Below the pieces are notes generated by a model. That model made no database searches, was not told the DNA's origin, and saw only the letters and a program-made list of their open reading frames with translations. A stretch of DNA of 64,000 bases from a virus. Positions 44,604-53,509 of this stretch are shown here, in pieces (the first letter of the stretch is position 1; each line of letters opens with the position of its first letter). The position numbers and the translations under genes were made by a program. Location of the stretch: the IMG/VR virus record IMGVR_UViG_3300043353_000042, positions 1 to 64,000 of that record; one strand, given 5' to 3'.

Positions 44604-45062
44604 TCAATCGTCCCGATCGGGACGCCAGACTTTCAGGCGCGCCAGCGTAAGTGCGGTGATCACATCGTTCGGATGCTCGGTTTGCTGGCGAGCGTATTCG
44701 GCGGCATAGAACTTGCGCGCGCGATCGACGTACTCAGGCAAGCGCTTCGAACCGGGGTAGGCGCGCATGACCTCGGTTTGCGCGAACAGGTCGATCGACT
44801 CGTTCGCGATCAGCAACACGGTATTTTGCAGCGACAGGATCTGCGCGTGTTGCGTTTTCGTCTGGTCCTGCGCGTCTTTGGCGATGGTCGTACAGTCCGC
44901 GGTTATCTTCGTGACTTCGTCGGTGCTAGGTCGCGTCCGAAACCAAGTCGCGGTCGTCGTCCATGCTGTCGCCGCTGCGATCGTGATCACGGGCACGAAC
45001 AGTTTCGCGAGTGCTTTCCAGCGTTTGACCGTGTCGCTTGGGACGTGAATCGACTCCGACAT
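44604..45062 (-). CDS. membrane-anchored protein
   Basis: ATG at 45062 within ORF 44604..45182. TM segment LFVPVITIAAATAWTTTATWF. Convergent with 44223..44603 with zero spacing. Confidence 0.5.
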   Translation of the reverse strand: MSESIHVPSDTVKRWKALAKLFVPVITIAAATAWTTTATWFRTRPSTDEVTKITADCTTIAKDAQDQTKTQHAQILSLQNTVLLIANESIDLFAQTEVMRAYPGSKRLPEYVDRARKFYAAEYARQQTEHPNDVITALTLARLKVWRPDRDD

Positions 45063-45300
45063 GTGCGCCTCGTCGTGAAGCTCGCAAAAGTGACTTTCAG
45101 ACGTACCCCGGCGCACACGGCTTCGCTGACGCGCACTGACGGCTTCAGGCCGGTCGAGCCCGACGGATCGGCGCCTTCGCACGGGCCCTAGTGAGTGCAG
45201 GCGCTACGCAGGCGCCCGGGCGCGCGCATGGGCCTTCGCGGTCGATTGGGCGTCGCGTTTTCGTTGCTCGTCGCGACGATTCGGGCGAAAAGCATCTTTG

Positions 45301-45552
45301 ATGAAGCTGGACGACCTACGCGCGCGCCTCCGCGCGGACAAGCGCGCGATCACGAAGCCCAAAGAGCGGCCGAAGCCGAAGCGCCGTTACCGGTGCAGCA
45401 AGTGTCGCAAGCCGCGCGAGCCTGCGAACCTGACCGATCCCGATGTCGCGGAAATCATCAGGGAATCGAGCGGCACGCGTCCGACGCATGCCTACCGGTG
45501 TCGCGAGTGTCGGATCATTTGGCTCGCTTGTCCGGTGGTCGGTGCGAAATGA
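45301..45552 (+). CDS. MKL(D/E)(D/E)LR zinc-ribbon paralog 1
   Basis: MKLDDLRARL..., CSKC...CREC. Confidence 0.5.
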   Translation: MKLDDLRARLRADKRAITKPKERPKPKRRYRCSKCRKPREPANLTDPDVAEIIRESSGTRPTHAYRCRECRIIWLACPVVGAK

Positions 45553-45833
45553 AGCTCGAAGAACTTCGCCAGCGCCTGCGAGAACCGAAGCGCCGGAAGC
45601 CGGTCCCGAAGCTACGCAAGCGCCGGAAGCGCGCCGCTGCGAGTCCCCCGCAGCCGCCAATGCACCAAAACTGCCGATCGAGCGCTACGCCGCTCACTGC
45701 GAGCAAGAATCCGCGCGATTGGCTTACGAAAACGCTCGTCGCGCTGTGCGACAAGTGCGGCAAGTCGTTCACGCCCGATCTCAAGGTCGGCTACGTGCCC
45801 TCGACGTGCGCGAAGTGCGCGTCGTATCTGTGA
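45549..45833 (+). CDS. MKLEELR zinc-ribbon paralog 2
   Basis: ATGA overlap with paralog 1. CDKC...CAKC. Confidence 0.5.
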   Translation: MKLEELRQRLREPKRRKPVPKLRKRRKRAAASPPQPPMHQNCRSSATPLTASKNPRDWLTKTLVALCDKCGKSFTPDLKVGYVPSTCAKCASYL

Positions 45834-45841
45834 GGTGCGAA

Positions 45842-46210
45842 ATGAAGCTCGAAGACCTCCGCAAGCTGTACGAAGCGCCCGAACTGCCGAAACAGCCGAA
45901 AATGGAGGCGATCACAGGAACCGACCTCGCACATGGCCCGGACAGTGCCGCAATGATGCTTCGGTGCATAGAGTGCGACCTCGTGATGACGATCACGGAT
46001 CCTGCGAGCCCGACGCTTGTCCGCGCCCACTGTCCTAGATGCGACACAGGCTGCAGCATGTGCAAGCGGCTACGCGACGCTGACGGCAACACGCTCCGGA
46101 TACGCGCAACAGGCACCGAGAAGCGTAGGGTGTGTGACCAGTGTAGCTACGACTACTACGACATCCTAGCTGACCGTTTCACGTCGGTGAAAATCGGCGA
46201 TGAAGCTTGA
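45842..46210 (+). CDS. MKLEDLR zinc-ribbon paralog 3
   Basis: CIEC...CPRC...CSMC...CDQCSYDYYDILADRF. Confidence 0.5.
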   Translation: MKLEDLRKLYEAPELPKQPKMEAITGTDLAHGPDSAAMMLRCIECDLVMTITDPASPTLVRAHCPRCDTGCSMCKRLRDADGNTLRIRATGTEKRRVCDQCSYDYYDILADRFTSVKIGDEA

Positions 46211-46640
46211 AGACCTTCGCGCGCTGTTTTTCGACCACGATCTAGACGACGACCCGCAAGTGGAGGGGCAGGGGCCGCTTTGCGTGTGCTGTCGGCGGAC
46301 CACGACCGACATGCTCGAACATCCGAGGCACGGAGCGACATGCCTGCCTTGTCGCGAGCACTGCTACGACATCCTTGCTGACCGCTTCGATCACGTCGAG
46401 GTCACCGAAGCGCTCATATCCGCTTCGACGTGCGAGCGCTGTGGGCACAGCCTACGCCTACGCATGCGCAAAAGCTCCGGGTTCCGACATCGTTGTGGTC
46501 GAGCCGTGTGCGTGTTTCACAACGTAGGCAAAATCTCGCCCATATCACACGCGCTGCGGAAGTCGTTTTCGGTCACGCACTTTCCCGCATGGAATACTAG
46601 CGGTTCACGTACTTACCCGCGGCCCCAAACCACACCCTAA
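46200..46640 (+). CDS. MKLEDLR zinc-ribbon paralog 4
   Basis: CVCC...CLPCREHCYDILADRF...CERC. The 3' end runs into the first iteron (46602), so the true stop or function of the tail is uncertain. Confidence 0.4.
   Translation: MKLEDLRALFFDHDLDDDPQVEGQGPLCVCCRRTTTDMLEHPRHGATCLPCREHCYDILADRFDHVEVTEALISASTCERCGHSLRLRMRKSSGFRHRCGRAVCVFHNVGKISPISHALRKSFSVTHFPAWNTSGSRTYPRPQTTP
46602..46619 (+). repeat. iteron copy (variant)
   Basis: GGTTCACGTACTTACCCG. Confidence 0.6.
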
Positions 46641-47227
46641 AGAGCGGACCTCACCGAATGCATGTCAGCATGCGGAAAGGCAAAGATGCTTAGGCGCTTC
46701 CCCGCAAGTGGAGGGGATTGGCCCAACACAGGTCAGAACGTACCCCCTAGCAACACAGCCAAATCATGTCCCACACACGTACAGTATGCATAAGAGCCAT
46801 TTCGGAAACGCACACGCAAGCGCACCCATGAAGGCCCTAATCCGCCAGAACAACCCTATCAAGCAGATTCCCGAGCACCACATACAGTAAGAGGGTAAGC
46901 GTGCTCGTCTGTCCCCCTGTACATGCACACGCGCTAGCGTATGCAACGCCATGCATCTATGGGCAATGCGTCAGCGCTATCAGCCCGGTTGCGATAGTGT
47001 ATCCGTGCCTGCATGCGTGGGCGTGCGCGCGCGCGTATGTATAGGGGCCATGCTGAACTGTTTGAGTGTGCACACCGAGCAATGGCCACGGATTCGCGAA
47101 CGTGCACACGCCCGGTCACTGCGCCTTCACTTCGCCCGCCTCGCCCCCCGCGGCACCGGCCTCTTGCCCCGCCCTGCCTTCCCCGCCACAGACCGATGGC
47201 TCCGGACAGCAGGGCTGACCTGCCCAT

Positions 47228-47384
47228 CGGTCAGGTAGTTACCCTACCTCGTTCACATAGTTACCCGGTGCTGGGTAACTGTTAGAACGATAGCGGGTAA
47301 GTGTTAGACTAACAGTCAGGTAGTTACCCGGCCATGGTATGCACACGGGTAACTGTGTGAATGATGTCGGGTAACTGTATGACG
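47228..47384. repeat. iteron cluster A: 7 copies in mixed orientation
   Basis: Forward copies at 47228-44, 47250-68, 47314-31. Reverse copies at 47271-90, 47294-310, 47346-63, 47368-84. Copies 47250-68 and 47271-90 form a 41-bp imperfect palindrome. Confidence 0.85.
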
Positions 47385-47578
47385 CCCCTACCCCCCACCC
47401 CACTGGTGAGGGCTCCCTATGACATCTGGCGACCTGTCGGCGAGTGATGGCGGACCCAACAAGCGGACGCTTCTGTCAGCATGGTCATATGGGCGGAATG
47501 TCGCCCGCCATAGACATCGGTCGAAAGCGTGTTGCATCACTTCGCCGCCCTGTCGCTGCGACCGGATTGCCGAACTGT

Positions 47579-47594
47579 CGGGTAACTGTTTGAC
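47579..47594 (-). repeat. iteron copy
   Basis: CGGGTAACTGTTTGAC. Confidence 0.7.
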
Positions 47595-47749
47595 ACCCGA
47601 AAGCGCTCACCGCTGCATGGTCCGCTTGTCCGCGCTACCGCGCGATAGCTTGACCATGCCCCCGGTTATTTCCCGGGCCCCCGGGGCCGTGTTCGGAAAT
47701 CCGAAGGGCAAGGGCCGGGAAGTAAAATATTCGGGCCCGAAGCGATGAC

Positions 47750-47766
47750 CGGGTAAGTGTGTGAAC
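47750..47766 (-). repeat. iteron copy (variant)
   Basis: CGGGTAAGTGTGTGAAC. Confidence 0.65.
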
Positions 47767-47824
47767 CCTTCCGGACGCAATACCCTGGACAGCTCGGCAC
47801 GTCGACGGTTCGGTCAAGCAGGAC

Positions 47825-47967
47825 CGTTCAGACAGTTACCCGTGTACCGTCCCCGGGTTCGTTCAAGTAGTTACCCGGGCGACCGTTCAGACAGTTACCC
47901 GGTCAATACCCGGGACAGCTTCGTAGCGACGAGGTTCGGGCGGGCGGTCGTTCACGTAGTTACCCGG
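47825..47967 (+). repeat. iteron cluster B: 4 direct copies
   Basis: CGTTCAGACAGTTACCCG (47825), CGTTCAAGTAGTTACCCGG (47860), CGTTCAGACAGTTACCCGG (47884), CGTTCACGTAGTTACCCGG (47949). Confidence 0.9.
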
Positions 47968-48089
47968 TGATGGGCATCGCTCTTTCGCCTTTCTACTCGT
48001 CGTCGTCTTCGTCGTCTCGGTCTTCGAAGGGCTCGCTCGCGAGGTCGCGGGCAACGAGCCAAAGCAGGAACGCATACAGGAGCAAGCGG

Positions 48090-48500
48090 TCAATTGACAT
48101 CGGTCGGCGATGGCACTTCGTCGGTGATGTAGTCTTCTTCGAAAATCGTTCGTAGGCCCGTCGCGCGTTCGAGGTCAGTCGCTATCGTGGCGAACTGGTC
48201 ACGGATCTCGCCAGCCGTGCGACTCAGCGAGTGAAGAAAGGCGAGCGTCATCTTCACGCGGTCGAGGTTGTTGAGGTTCAGCGCCACGACCACCTTGCCG
48301 GTGTCCGAATCAAACTCCATGCCCGACCAGTCAGGGAACACGGGAAACCAAGCGGTTTGTTCCCGTTCGATGACGAGCGCGAGCCCTCCTGCGTTGAGCT
48401 TTGCGAAGATGCGCTTGATCGCTTCGCTCATGTTTGCATCGCATTCGGCAACGTGCGGCGCGTGTCGTCTCTTTCGCTTGCGTCGTTTCTTCTTACTCAT
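48090..48500 (-). CDS. hypothetical protein with poly-basic N-terminus
   Basis: ATG at 48500 (MSKKKRRKRKRRH...). An iteron sits 15 nt upstream. Confidence 0.5.
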   Translation of the reverse strand: MSKKKRRKRKRRHAPHVAECDANMSEAIKRIFAKLNAGGLALVIEREQTAWFPVFPDWSGMEFDSDTGKVVVALNLNNLDRVKMTLAFLHSLSRTAGEIRDQFATIATDLERATGLRTIFEEDYITDEVPSPTDVN

Positions 48501-48514
48501 GGTCGCCCCCTGTG

Positions 48515-48532
48515 CGTTCAAACAGTTACCCG
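48515..48532 (+). repeat. iteron copy immediately upstream of minus-strand gene 48090..48500
   Basis: CGTTCAAACAGTTACCCG. Confidence 0.75.
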
Positions 48533-48853
48533 ATTGTTGCGGCGCGCGAGAAAGATCACGCCCGCGAGAATCCAGCCGAGCCCGAAGCCTTGTAAGTTGC
48601 TCGCGGTCGGCCAGACGTAGTGAAAGAACAACGGCGAGCCCGTCAGCGCGACGAACACGGCCCGCCATCGAACCGCGCCCCATATGCGGCGAGGCACGAC
48701 GACGATTGCGCCGTCAGGTGTTTCGCTTAGCTCGGTCACGTGTCCGAAGCGTGAGGCGACAAGCACTGCGACGTCGCGCACGATGTTGTAAGGCGCGGTC
48801 GAGTACAGCGTGTACAGCTTCATTTTGTCGTCGTCGTTTGTTGGTTCATTCAT
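48518..48853 (-). CDS. membrane protein
   Basis: ATG at 48853. C-terminal hydrophobic segments AVFVALTGSPLFF and GFGLGWILAGVIFLA. Confidence 0.45.
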   Translation of the reverse strand: MNEPTNDDDKMKLYTLYSTAPYNIVRDVAVLVASRFGHVTELSETPDGAIVVVPRRIWGAVRWRAVFVALTGSPLFFHYVWPTASNLQGFGLGWILAGVIFLARRNNRVTV

Positions 48854-49157
48854 CTTCGTCGGGCTTTCGGCGTCCATGCGCGGGATCGCGGGTGGCAAGC
48901 AACAGCAGGAAGGGCAGGGGCGGCTGTCGCTCGGTCACTCGATAGCGCGACCCGTCCGGCCGTTCGATGAACACGCGATCCTGAATCCCGTTGTCGGCCT
49001 GGCCGCCCGATGAAGCGGACGGCTGTACGACTTCGAGATCGCAAAGGCGATCGCGCGCAGCGCGCAAGGCGTCTTCTTCGCTGTCGTGCTCGGTCAGTGG
49101 GTAGTCAGCGCCTTCGAAGGTGTCGTGCCCGATCAGCTTCCATCGGCCGGTGCTCAT
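48846..49157 (-). CDS. hypothetical protein
   Basis: 103-aa ORF overlapping its neighbours by a few nt. Confidence 0.5.
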   Translation of the reverse strand: MSTGRWKLIGHDTFEGADYPLTEHDSEEDALRAARDRLCDLEVVQPSASSGGQADNGIQDRVFIERPDGSRYRVTERQPPLPFLLLLATRDPAHGRRKPDEDE

Positions 49158-49492
49158 GATTTAGGCCCATCGCTCGCGAGCCATGCTTCAACATATTCTG
49201 CCGCGGCCTTCATGAAAGCGGCTTTGAATGGCGCGCACAGGTCGTGCGGAAGCGCTGCGCCGAACGTCTTCACATAGGTCGCTTGTGTCGATTCGAAGAA
49301 TCGGTCGGTGACCGTTTCCATTCCTTGATCGCGTAGCGTCCTTCGAGTCGCATCGCGCATGCCGGGCAGTTCGAGCACGAAGCCGATTTGTGTGCTCGCG
49401 ATCTCGTTCGCGAGCTGATCGAGAAGTCCGACGCGCATCGCTTCATGCATCACTGCGGCGTCCATTTGGGTTCGCTGTTTGGGCATGACCAC
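49154..49492 (-). CDS. hypothetical protein
   Basis: 112-aa ORF, ATGA-coupled to the downstream gene. Confidence 0.5.
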   Translation of the reverse strand: MVMPKQRTQMDAAVMHEAMRVGLLDQLANEIASTQIGFVLELPGMRDATRRTLRDQGMETVTDRFFESTQATYVKTFGAALPHDLCAPFKAAFMKAAAEYVEAWLASDGPKS

Positions 49493-49559
49493 TTAGATTT
49501 CCTTTCGTTCAGTCGTGCGGCGCATGGTAGATACGCGGTTTCAAGGAGGCCAAGAGCCA

Positions 49560-49898
49560 ATGAAAAACCGCATGGGAAACGGGAAGACGTCTCGGAGTGC
49601 ATTTATCCGATCGCAGCCTGCGTCGCTGTCTGCGGACGATGTGGTGTCGGCTGGCAAGGAGGCGGGACTCGAATTCAAGCGCGACATGGTGCACAAGGTT
49701 CGGTGGCAACAGAGGCAGCATGAGAAGGTCCACGGCAAGTCGAAGACGGTGAAGCCGAAGATAGTGCGCGCGTTGAAGGGCGGCGGCCTTCAGGAGCTTG
49801 ACGGCCTCGTCGAGGCCTTGCGACAAGTCGTGCGCGCGGAGGTACGAAACGAAGTGCGGCGCATCATGAGCGTGGGCGCTATCGCTGCGACCGCGTGA
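49560..49898 (+). CDS. small basic protein, possible DNA-binding regulator
   Basis: ATG 49560 preceded by AAGGAGG. Divergent from 49492(-). Lys/Arg-rich. Confidence 0.45.
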   Translation: MKNRMGNGKTSRSAFIRSQPASLSADDVVSAGKEAGLEFKRDMVHKVRWQQRQHEKVHGKSKTVKPKIVRALKGGGLQELDGLVEALRQVVRAEVRNEVRRIMSVGAIAATA

Positions 49899-49942
49899 GC
49901 AAAGTTGCTTCGGACCGGACAGGTGGCCCTGTCCGGTCGTTG

Positions 49943-50401
49943 CTACTCGCGGCCGTCACGCTTTGTCGTCGCAGGATCGTTGGGGTCCCACTCGACGAAG
50001 CGCGGTCTGATGACGCCGTCGGGCCATGCGACGAGCTCGGTGAATATTGTCCACGGCCGAACCCAGATCTGTTGCGTCACGTGGGACACGTATACAGCGA
50101 AGAGCTCGTCGCGCTCTTCTGAACCGCGACCGACCATCAGAAGCGTGTACGTGCCGCCCTTGTAGTGCCGAAACGACTTCATCGTCGTGTGTCCACCGAG
50201 CGATTTCGTCGCGCCCATCAGCGCGAACGCTTCCGAGCGCATTCGCTGCACACGCATGGGCAGGAGAGCGAGCCCGGTCATGTCGATGCGTCCGTTTTCT
50301 GCGTCGATGGCGTGGTGATAGCCGGCTTGTTCGAGTCGGGTTCGGATGTCTTCGTGTGTTGAGGGCAGCACTTCGAGCATTGCGAGTGTGTGTGTCGTCA
50401 T
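49943..50401 (-). CDS. protein with DUF1653-like C-terminal domain
   Basis: FRHYKGGTYTLLMVG...LFAVYVSHVTQQIWVRPWTIF. Confidence 0.55.
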   Translation of the reverse strand: MTTHTLAMLEVLPSTHEDIRTRLEQAGYHHAIDAENGRIDMTGLALLPMRVQRMRSEAFALMGATKSLGGHTTMKSFRHYKGGTYTLLMVGRGSEERDELFAVYVSHVTQQIWVRPWTIFTELVAWPDGVIRPRFVEWDPNDPATTKRDGRE

Positions 50402-50904
50402 GGTTTTGTCTCTTCTTCGTCGGCTTTCTGCAGCACGACGCGTGCGCAGGTCAGGATCAGCTGTGACCACTCTTCCGGGCCGACGATTTGGCCGCCGTGA
50501 GCCATGAGCATCTCGATCATTTCTCGTTCGTAGTGGCTGATCGCGCGGTGAAGTTGCGAACGTTCTTCCATGGTCAGAAAGACGCGGCACGCCGCAACCA
50601 TCAGCGTGATCTCTTCAGGCGTCGTTGTGCGTGGACCTATCGTGTCGTCCACGATCCGCACGCATGAATCGCACTGGTGTTGCGGGTGGCCTGTCACGGT
50701 CTGCGGGCAGTGCCATGAAAGCCCGTCGTTGTCGATCCACGAAAAGCCCGACGGCAGCGATCCGAACGTCGGGCCGAGCTCGTAGCCGCTGGCGTCATCG
50801 TGGAATCGATGGCAGCGCCCGCAATACTTCTGATCGGCGTCCTTCGGGTTGTGACTCGTGAGTCCGCACGTTTTGCAGCGAATGAAAGTTGCTTTGTCCA
50901 ACAT
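50398..50904 (-). CDS. Cys-rich hypothetical protein
   Basis: CKTCG...CGRCH zinc-ribbon-like. Alternative start at 50952. Confidence 0.5.
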   Translation of the reverse strand: MLDKATFIRCKTCGLTSHNPKDADQKYCGRCHRFHDDASGYELGPTFGSLPSGFSWIDNDGLSWHCPQTVTGHPQHQCDSCVRIVDDTIGPRTTTPEEITLMVAACRVFLTMEERSQLHRAISHYEREMIEMLMAHGGQIVGPEEWSQLILTCARVVLQKADEEETKP

Positions 50905-50950
50905 GGCTAGTTGCTTGTCCTTTGCCGACGGCGTCCCGTACCCTTGATGC

Positions 50951-51214
50951 ATGCGGCGAATTCTCTTCTTCCTCGTCTCGAAGGACGGTCGTCGTCGCTT
51001 CGCGGTCGAGCACTGGCGCGACTACGGCGTCGTGTGCACAGACTTGGTTACGACGAACGGATCCGCCCGGACACTCGCTGATTTCGTGTGGTCGCACTTG
51101 CACGCCGAGAAGTTCTCGGTCGAGGCAGTCCAGGCGGTCGGGCCGCCCGACATGCGCTCAGAAGCAACTTTGCGAGATTGGCTCGTCTTGCAGGCCGTAG
51201 GCAAGACGTCGTGA
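50951..51214 (+). CDS. hypothetical protein
   Basis: 87-aa ORF with GC-rich third positions. Competing minus-strand ORFs are Arg-rich artefacts. Confidence 0.45.
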   Translation: MRRILFFLVSKDGRRRFAVEHWRDYGVVCTDLVTTNGSARTLADFVWSHLHAEKFSVEAVQAVGPPDMRSEATLRDWLVLQAVGKTS

Positions 51215-51690
51215 CGAAATGGAAGAAGGGCGTGTCTGATCTCTTGGAGATCAGGGTGTATCCCTTCACACAAGCCTTCAACATTGACATGTTTTCGTCG
51301 CATGTCTTGCATCGCACGTCGCGTCTGTTCATCCAACGAGGGACGATCGGTGAAAGATGTTTCATCGCGGTGACTGCGCTCGACCCCGAAACGAAGGCGC
51401 CCGGTACGGCGCTGGCGATCCTCGTGCCTATGTGGCAGCTCGGGACGCGCGACGCCATTTATGCGGAGGTGCGCGAGTTCCTTGCGTACAGCCAAGGGAT
51501 CGCGGTGAGTTCGGCCACGGAGACGGAACATGGCCTGACCGTCAGCGTCGAGTGGAACGGACAAAGGACCGCCTTTGCTGCGATGAAGATCCGCGGTGTC
51601 GCGGGTCGGTTTGTGCTCGCGCAATGGGAACGGGTCGGCGCGGGCGTTGCGCTGCCGCTCTTGCCGACAGTGCCGGGGAATCTGCAGTAG
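51211..51690 (+). CDS. hypothetical protein
   Basis: GTGA overlap with the previous gene. 159 aa. Confidence 0.45.
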   Translation: MTKWKKGVSDLLEIRVYPFTQAFNIDMFSSHVLHRTSRLFIQRGTIGERCFIAVTALDPETKAPGTALAILVPMWQLGTRDAIYAEVREFLAYSQGIAVSSATETEHGLTVSVEWNGQRTAFAAMKIRGVAGRFVLAQWERVGAGVALPLLPTVPGNLQ

Positions 51691-51693
51691 CGG

Positions 51694-51972
51694 TCAGGTG
51701 TCGGGCGTCGTCGTCGTCGTCGTCGTCGTGACCCTGTTGCTTTGCTTGATCAGGTCTTCGAGGCTGCCGACCTTCGACGGCTTGCCACAGACGATCGTGA
51801 CCTGGATCGTAAACGCGTTGTCGTCGACGACCATCAGGGCACTGTGTCGGCTCGACGTGCCGGCGAGCTTCGCGACGTCCGCTTCACCGACGAGCCTTTT
51901 CAGCTTCCGAAGGTAGGCGGCTTGTGCGAACCGGAACGCGATGTCTTGAGCGTCTTCGAACGTTGTTGTCAT
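51694..51972 (-). CDS. hypothetical protein ending in Thr8
   Basis: ATG at 51972. The C-terminal TTTTTTTT is encoded by a (GTC)8 run on the plus strand. Confidence 0.4.
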   Translation of the reverse strand: MTTTFEDAQDIAFRFAQAAYLRKLKRLVGEADVAKLAGTSSRHSALMVVDDNAFTIQVTIVCGKPSKVGSLEDLIKQSNRVTTTTTTTTPDT

Positions 51973-52061
51973 CTCTTGGCCTGCGCCCGGTATCGCATGG
52001 GTCGCAGCCGGGTCGCAAGTATCTTTCAGCCGTTGAGCAGGGTCCGCGGTAGCTAGGTGAC

Positions 52062-52457
52062 ATGACATGGAAGCCACCGAAAAAGCGACCGCTGAAGGGC
52101 CTGAAGATTGCCGCCAACGACCAGCATGGCAGCGACCTCGAAGAACTGCAGGCAGCGGTCAGCGAAGCCGATCTCAAGAATTGGTTTGTCTACCATGCGC
52201 CGCGTGAAGGCCAGGCCGGACGCTACGAGCTTCTGCGCGCGCAGGGGCATGTGCTCGCCACATTGATCTACGAGCTAACGCCGCCCGGGCCCGATCAGTC
52301 CGTGGCAATTCGAAAAGTGCGAGAAGCGATCATGACGGCGAATGCAGCGATCGCATGCGAGCACGAAGTGCAGACCTCGCATTACCATCGTAAGGTCGAA
52401 GCAGCGAAGGTCGATCGCATGACGAAACAGATCTTCGGTGAGGATCCGAAGAAGTGA
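52062..52457 (+). CDS. hypothetical protein (motif ...YHAP...TANAAIACE)
   Basis: 131-aa ORF. Pattern resembles a widespread small phage protein family that I cannot name with confidence. Confidence 0.5.
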   Translation: MTWKPPKKRPLKGLKIAANDQHGSDLEELQAAVSEADLKNWFVYHAPREGQAGRYELLRAQGHVLATLIYELTPPGPDQSVAIRKVREAIMTANAAIACEHEVQTSHYHRKVEAAKVDRMTKQIFGEDPKK

Positions 52458-53212
52458 CTTTGCGCGCACTCGCAGCGGACGTCGTCGCGACCTACGACCG
52501 GCGCCTATTCGACGAAGTCTGCATGCTCGCGTTCGGTCGCGCCGTCGAGAAGATGCGCAAGGCGCTTGGGATGTCCGAAGCGTTCGTGCCCGTGGCCCCG
52601 TCCGAAGTCGACGCCTTGCCTCTTGAGTTACAGGCGATGCAGCACATCACATCGGTGCTCGGTGTGCTTCCGACTGGCGCCGCTCGTCACCGCGTGCTTG
52701 TCGTCGTGGCGCTGGCGCTCGCGCCTGACTGCTTTTCAGAGCGCGAATACGGCGAGCTTCTGCGTCGAGCGAAGGGGCGCGTGATGGTCAGCGTTCGGCG
52801 GCTGTGCTCGGTAGCTTCGAGCATGACCTCGCCGAAAGCAGACGCCGTGATCAACTGGATTTCCGAAGGCATGGTGCGCGTGCATTTTGATGCGTCGAGC
52901 CCTTTCGCCAACGTGCCGAAGCATCTTCGCAAGCGAACCAATTGCGTTTTCGAACTCGCTTACAACATGCCGTTGCCGATCAGCGATCTGAAGATCGATC
53001 AGGAGGGGATCAGCGGCACGCTGTCGTTTGGCGGTTACGGCTGGCTGTTCTGCAAGGTCCAGTGGCCCGCGGTCTTTTGCGTCACGCAAGGGGATCGCGT
53101 TGGCGTGTGGCTCAACGATGCGCCCGAAGATATGCAGCGCGAGATACTGCGCGTGGCGGGCGAAGAAGCGAACAAGAAGCTCGCGAGGTCGCGGCTTCGT
53201 CTCGTCAAATGA
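52454..53212 (+). CDS. hypothetical protein
   Basis: 252-aa ORF, GTGA-coupled to the previous gene. Confidence 0.5.
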   Translation: MTLRALAADVVATYDRRLFDEVCMLAFGRAVEKMRKALGMSEAFVPVAPSEVDALPLELQAMQHITSVLGVLPTGAARHRVLVVVALALAPDCFSEREYGELLRRAKGRVMVSVRRLCSVASSMTSPKADAVINWISEGMVRVHFDASSPFANVPKHLRKRTNCVFELAYNMPLPISDLKIDQEGISGTLSFGGYGWLFCKVQWPAVFCVTQGDRVGVWLNDAPEDMQREILRVAGEEANKKLARSRLRLVK

Positions 53213-53224
53213 AAGGGACGCACC

Positions 53225-53509
53225 ATGGCAGACAACACGGTTTTTCAAGAAGTGCAGGCCGCGCTACTGAATAGCGAGTGCGACCCGTTCGAAGCAGGTG
53301 AGCAGGGCCTGTGCGCGCTCTATTCATTCGTCGGCACCGAACTCCAAGGTTCGCCCCTTTCCGCTGCGCTCGAACGCGCGTTGCGCGATATGCATTTGCC
53401 GCTGACGTGTGGCGCTGACGGCGGCGAGACGAACGAGCACGTTCGAAAAGATGTTCGCAAGCGTGCGCTTCGCGTTGGCGTCGACGAGAGCGAACGGAAG
53501 CGAAAATGA
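53225..53509 (+). CDS. hypothetical protein
   Basis: 94-aa ORF. Confidence 0.45.
   Translation: MADNTVFQEVQAALLNSECDPFEAGEQGLCALYSFVGTELQGSPLSAALERALRDMHLPLTCGADGGETNEHVRKDVRKRALRVGVDESERKRK

Noticed and set aside
45195-46210. Long ORFs 45195..45833 and 45443..46210 as single genes
   Set aside because: Their 5' parts are Arg/Ala-rich read-through overlapping better ORFs. The conserved MKLEDLR starts with ATGA coupling define shorter genes.
47419-47748. 109-aa ORF inside the iteron field
   Set aside because: It has atypical composition and no ribosome-binding site, and it overlaps iteron copies and GC hairpins. It is most likely a chance ORF.
46640-48090. tRNA gene or tRNA-derived attP core in the large non-coding region
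   Set aside because: I could find no T-arm-like GGTTCGA(A/G)TCC or cloverleaf-compatible segment by eye. A tRNAscan or Aragorn run would be needed to exclude it formally.
50950-50953. Divergent genes with overlapping start codons in a GCATGC palindrome
   Set aside because: This would leave no promoter space. The minus-strand gene more plausibly starts at the downstream ATG at 50904, which has an AAGGA-type ribosome-binding site.
51707-51730. (GTC)8 microsatellite as a phase-variation switch
   Set aside because: Trinucleotide slippage keeps the frame and only changes the length of a C-terminal poly-Thr. Nothing suggests on/off switching.
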